The notes beneath the pieces are model-generated. The model had not been told where the DNA came from. It worked only from the letters and a program-made list of their open reading frames with translations, and ran no database searches. From Candidatus Marinacidobacterales bacterium (GTDB lineage: Bacteria; Acidobacteriota; Vicinamibacteria; Marinacidobacterales; DATDRI01): a DNA stretch of 64,000 bases. Of this stretch, positions 63,308 to 64,000 are shown piece after piece. How positions within the stretch are numbered: position 1 is the first letter of the stretch; the number at the start of each line of letters is the position of its first letter. The DNA is taken from NCBI GenBank assembly GCA_965219415.1, contig CBDCNP010000002.1, positions 800,001 to 864,000 of the forward strand, in the 5' to 3' direction. A program made the translations under genes and the position numbers.

Positions 63308-63982
63308 GGCTCGGTTTCTTTCAGGCAGAAACCGACTCCTCGAATGGTGTGAATCAGCGGCGGGTCGCTGGGGCGGTCAACCTTGCGACGCAAGGTACTC
63401 ACGAACACGTCGACCGTGTTCCACTCGACGTCGGATTCGTGACCCCAAACATTCTCGATCATCGCTTCGCGGGTCAACACCATCCCGGCACGTCGAGTCA
63501 AAAGCTCGAGGAGCTGAAATTCCCGGGGGGTTAGGCTCAGCTCGCGCTTGCCACGCCAAGCCTTGTGGGAGGCAGGATCCACCCGCAAGTCGCCGACGGT
63601 CAGGATCGCGCGGCGTGGCGCTGGACCACGACGCGCCGCCGCTCGCACTCGAGCCAGAAGCTCATCGAACGAAAAAGGTTTGGTCGGGTAATCGTCGGCG
63701 CCGGTATCGAGTCCCGGTGACGATGTCGGTCGATGCATCGCGCGCAGTTAGCATGAGGATCGGCGTCTGACACCCCCTCTCCCTTAGCCTCCGAGCAACC
63801 TTGAACCCGTCCATCACCGGGAGCATCACATCCAAAATGACCACGTCGAAGGCATGCGACACCGCCACGTCGAGCCCCTCCGATCCGTCCGCCGCAAGCG
63901 TGATGGTGTGCCCCTCCCGCTTCAGGCCTCGCTCCAGGAGTGCCGCCATCCGCGCGTCGTCCTCGACGATGAGAATCTGCAC
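63304..63982 (-). pseudogene. OmpR-family response regulator, frameshifted near 63713
   Basis: 'ILIVEDD', 'ILDVMLP', 'LMLTAR', then 'GLDTGADDY', 'LTPREF', 'IHTIRGVGF' in another frame. Confidence 0.85.
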
Positions 63983-64000
63983 ATCCTCAGTCTATAGAAA

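Overview
GC-rich bacterial chromosomal window, most likely Acidobacteriota (inferred from an ADOP-type duplicated permease and typical small proteins). It contains intact core genes (gpmA, msrB, pgk-tpiA-secG, tRNA-Leu(GAG), SahR-type regulator plus ahcY). There are two riboswitch-controlled vitamin uptake operons: cobalamin riboswitch > btuB-F-D-C, PduO-type adenosyltransferase, cobQ, cobS, cobC, cobU; and TPP riboswitch > TonB receptor, PnuC/PnuT, NadR-type kinase. A decayed island downstream of tRNA-Leu carries an intact IS256 with target duplication. Many accessory genes are broken by frameshifts, nonsense codons, truncations or deletions while housekeeping genes are clean. The best candidates for new biology are: (1) a MetE-core (methionine synthase II-like) gene with an in-frame TGA exactly at the zinc-ligand Cys of HxCRGN, followed by a SECIS-like hairpin, i.e. 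a candidate selenoprotein; (2) a Tat-type cupin resembling eukaryotic ADO/PCO thiol dioxygenases, in an operon with a Nit-type amidase; (3) a NadR-type kinase under TPP-riboswitch control, a candidate thiamine kinase; (4) three tandem secreted M24-fold paralogues with remodelled metal sites. All family calls come from motif recognition by eye; no database searches were run.
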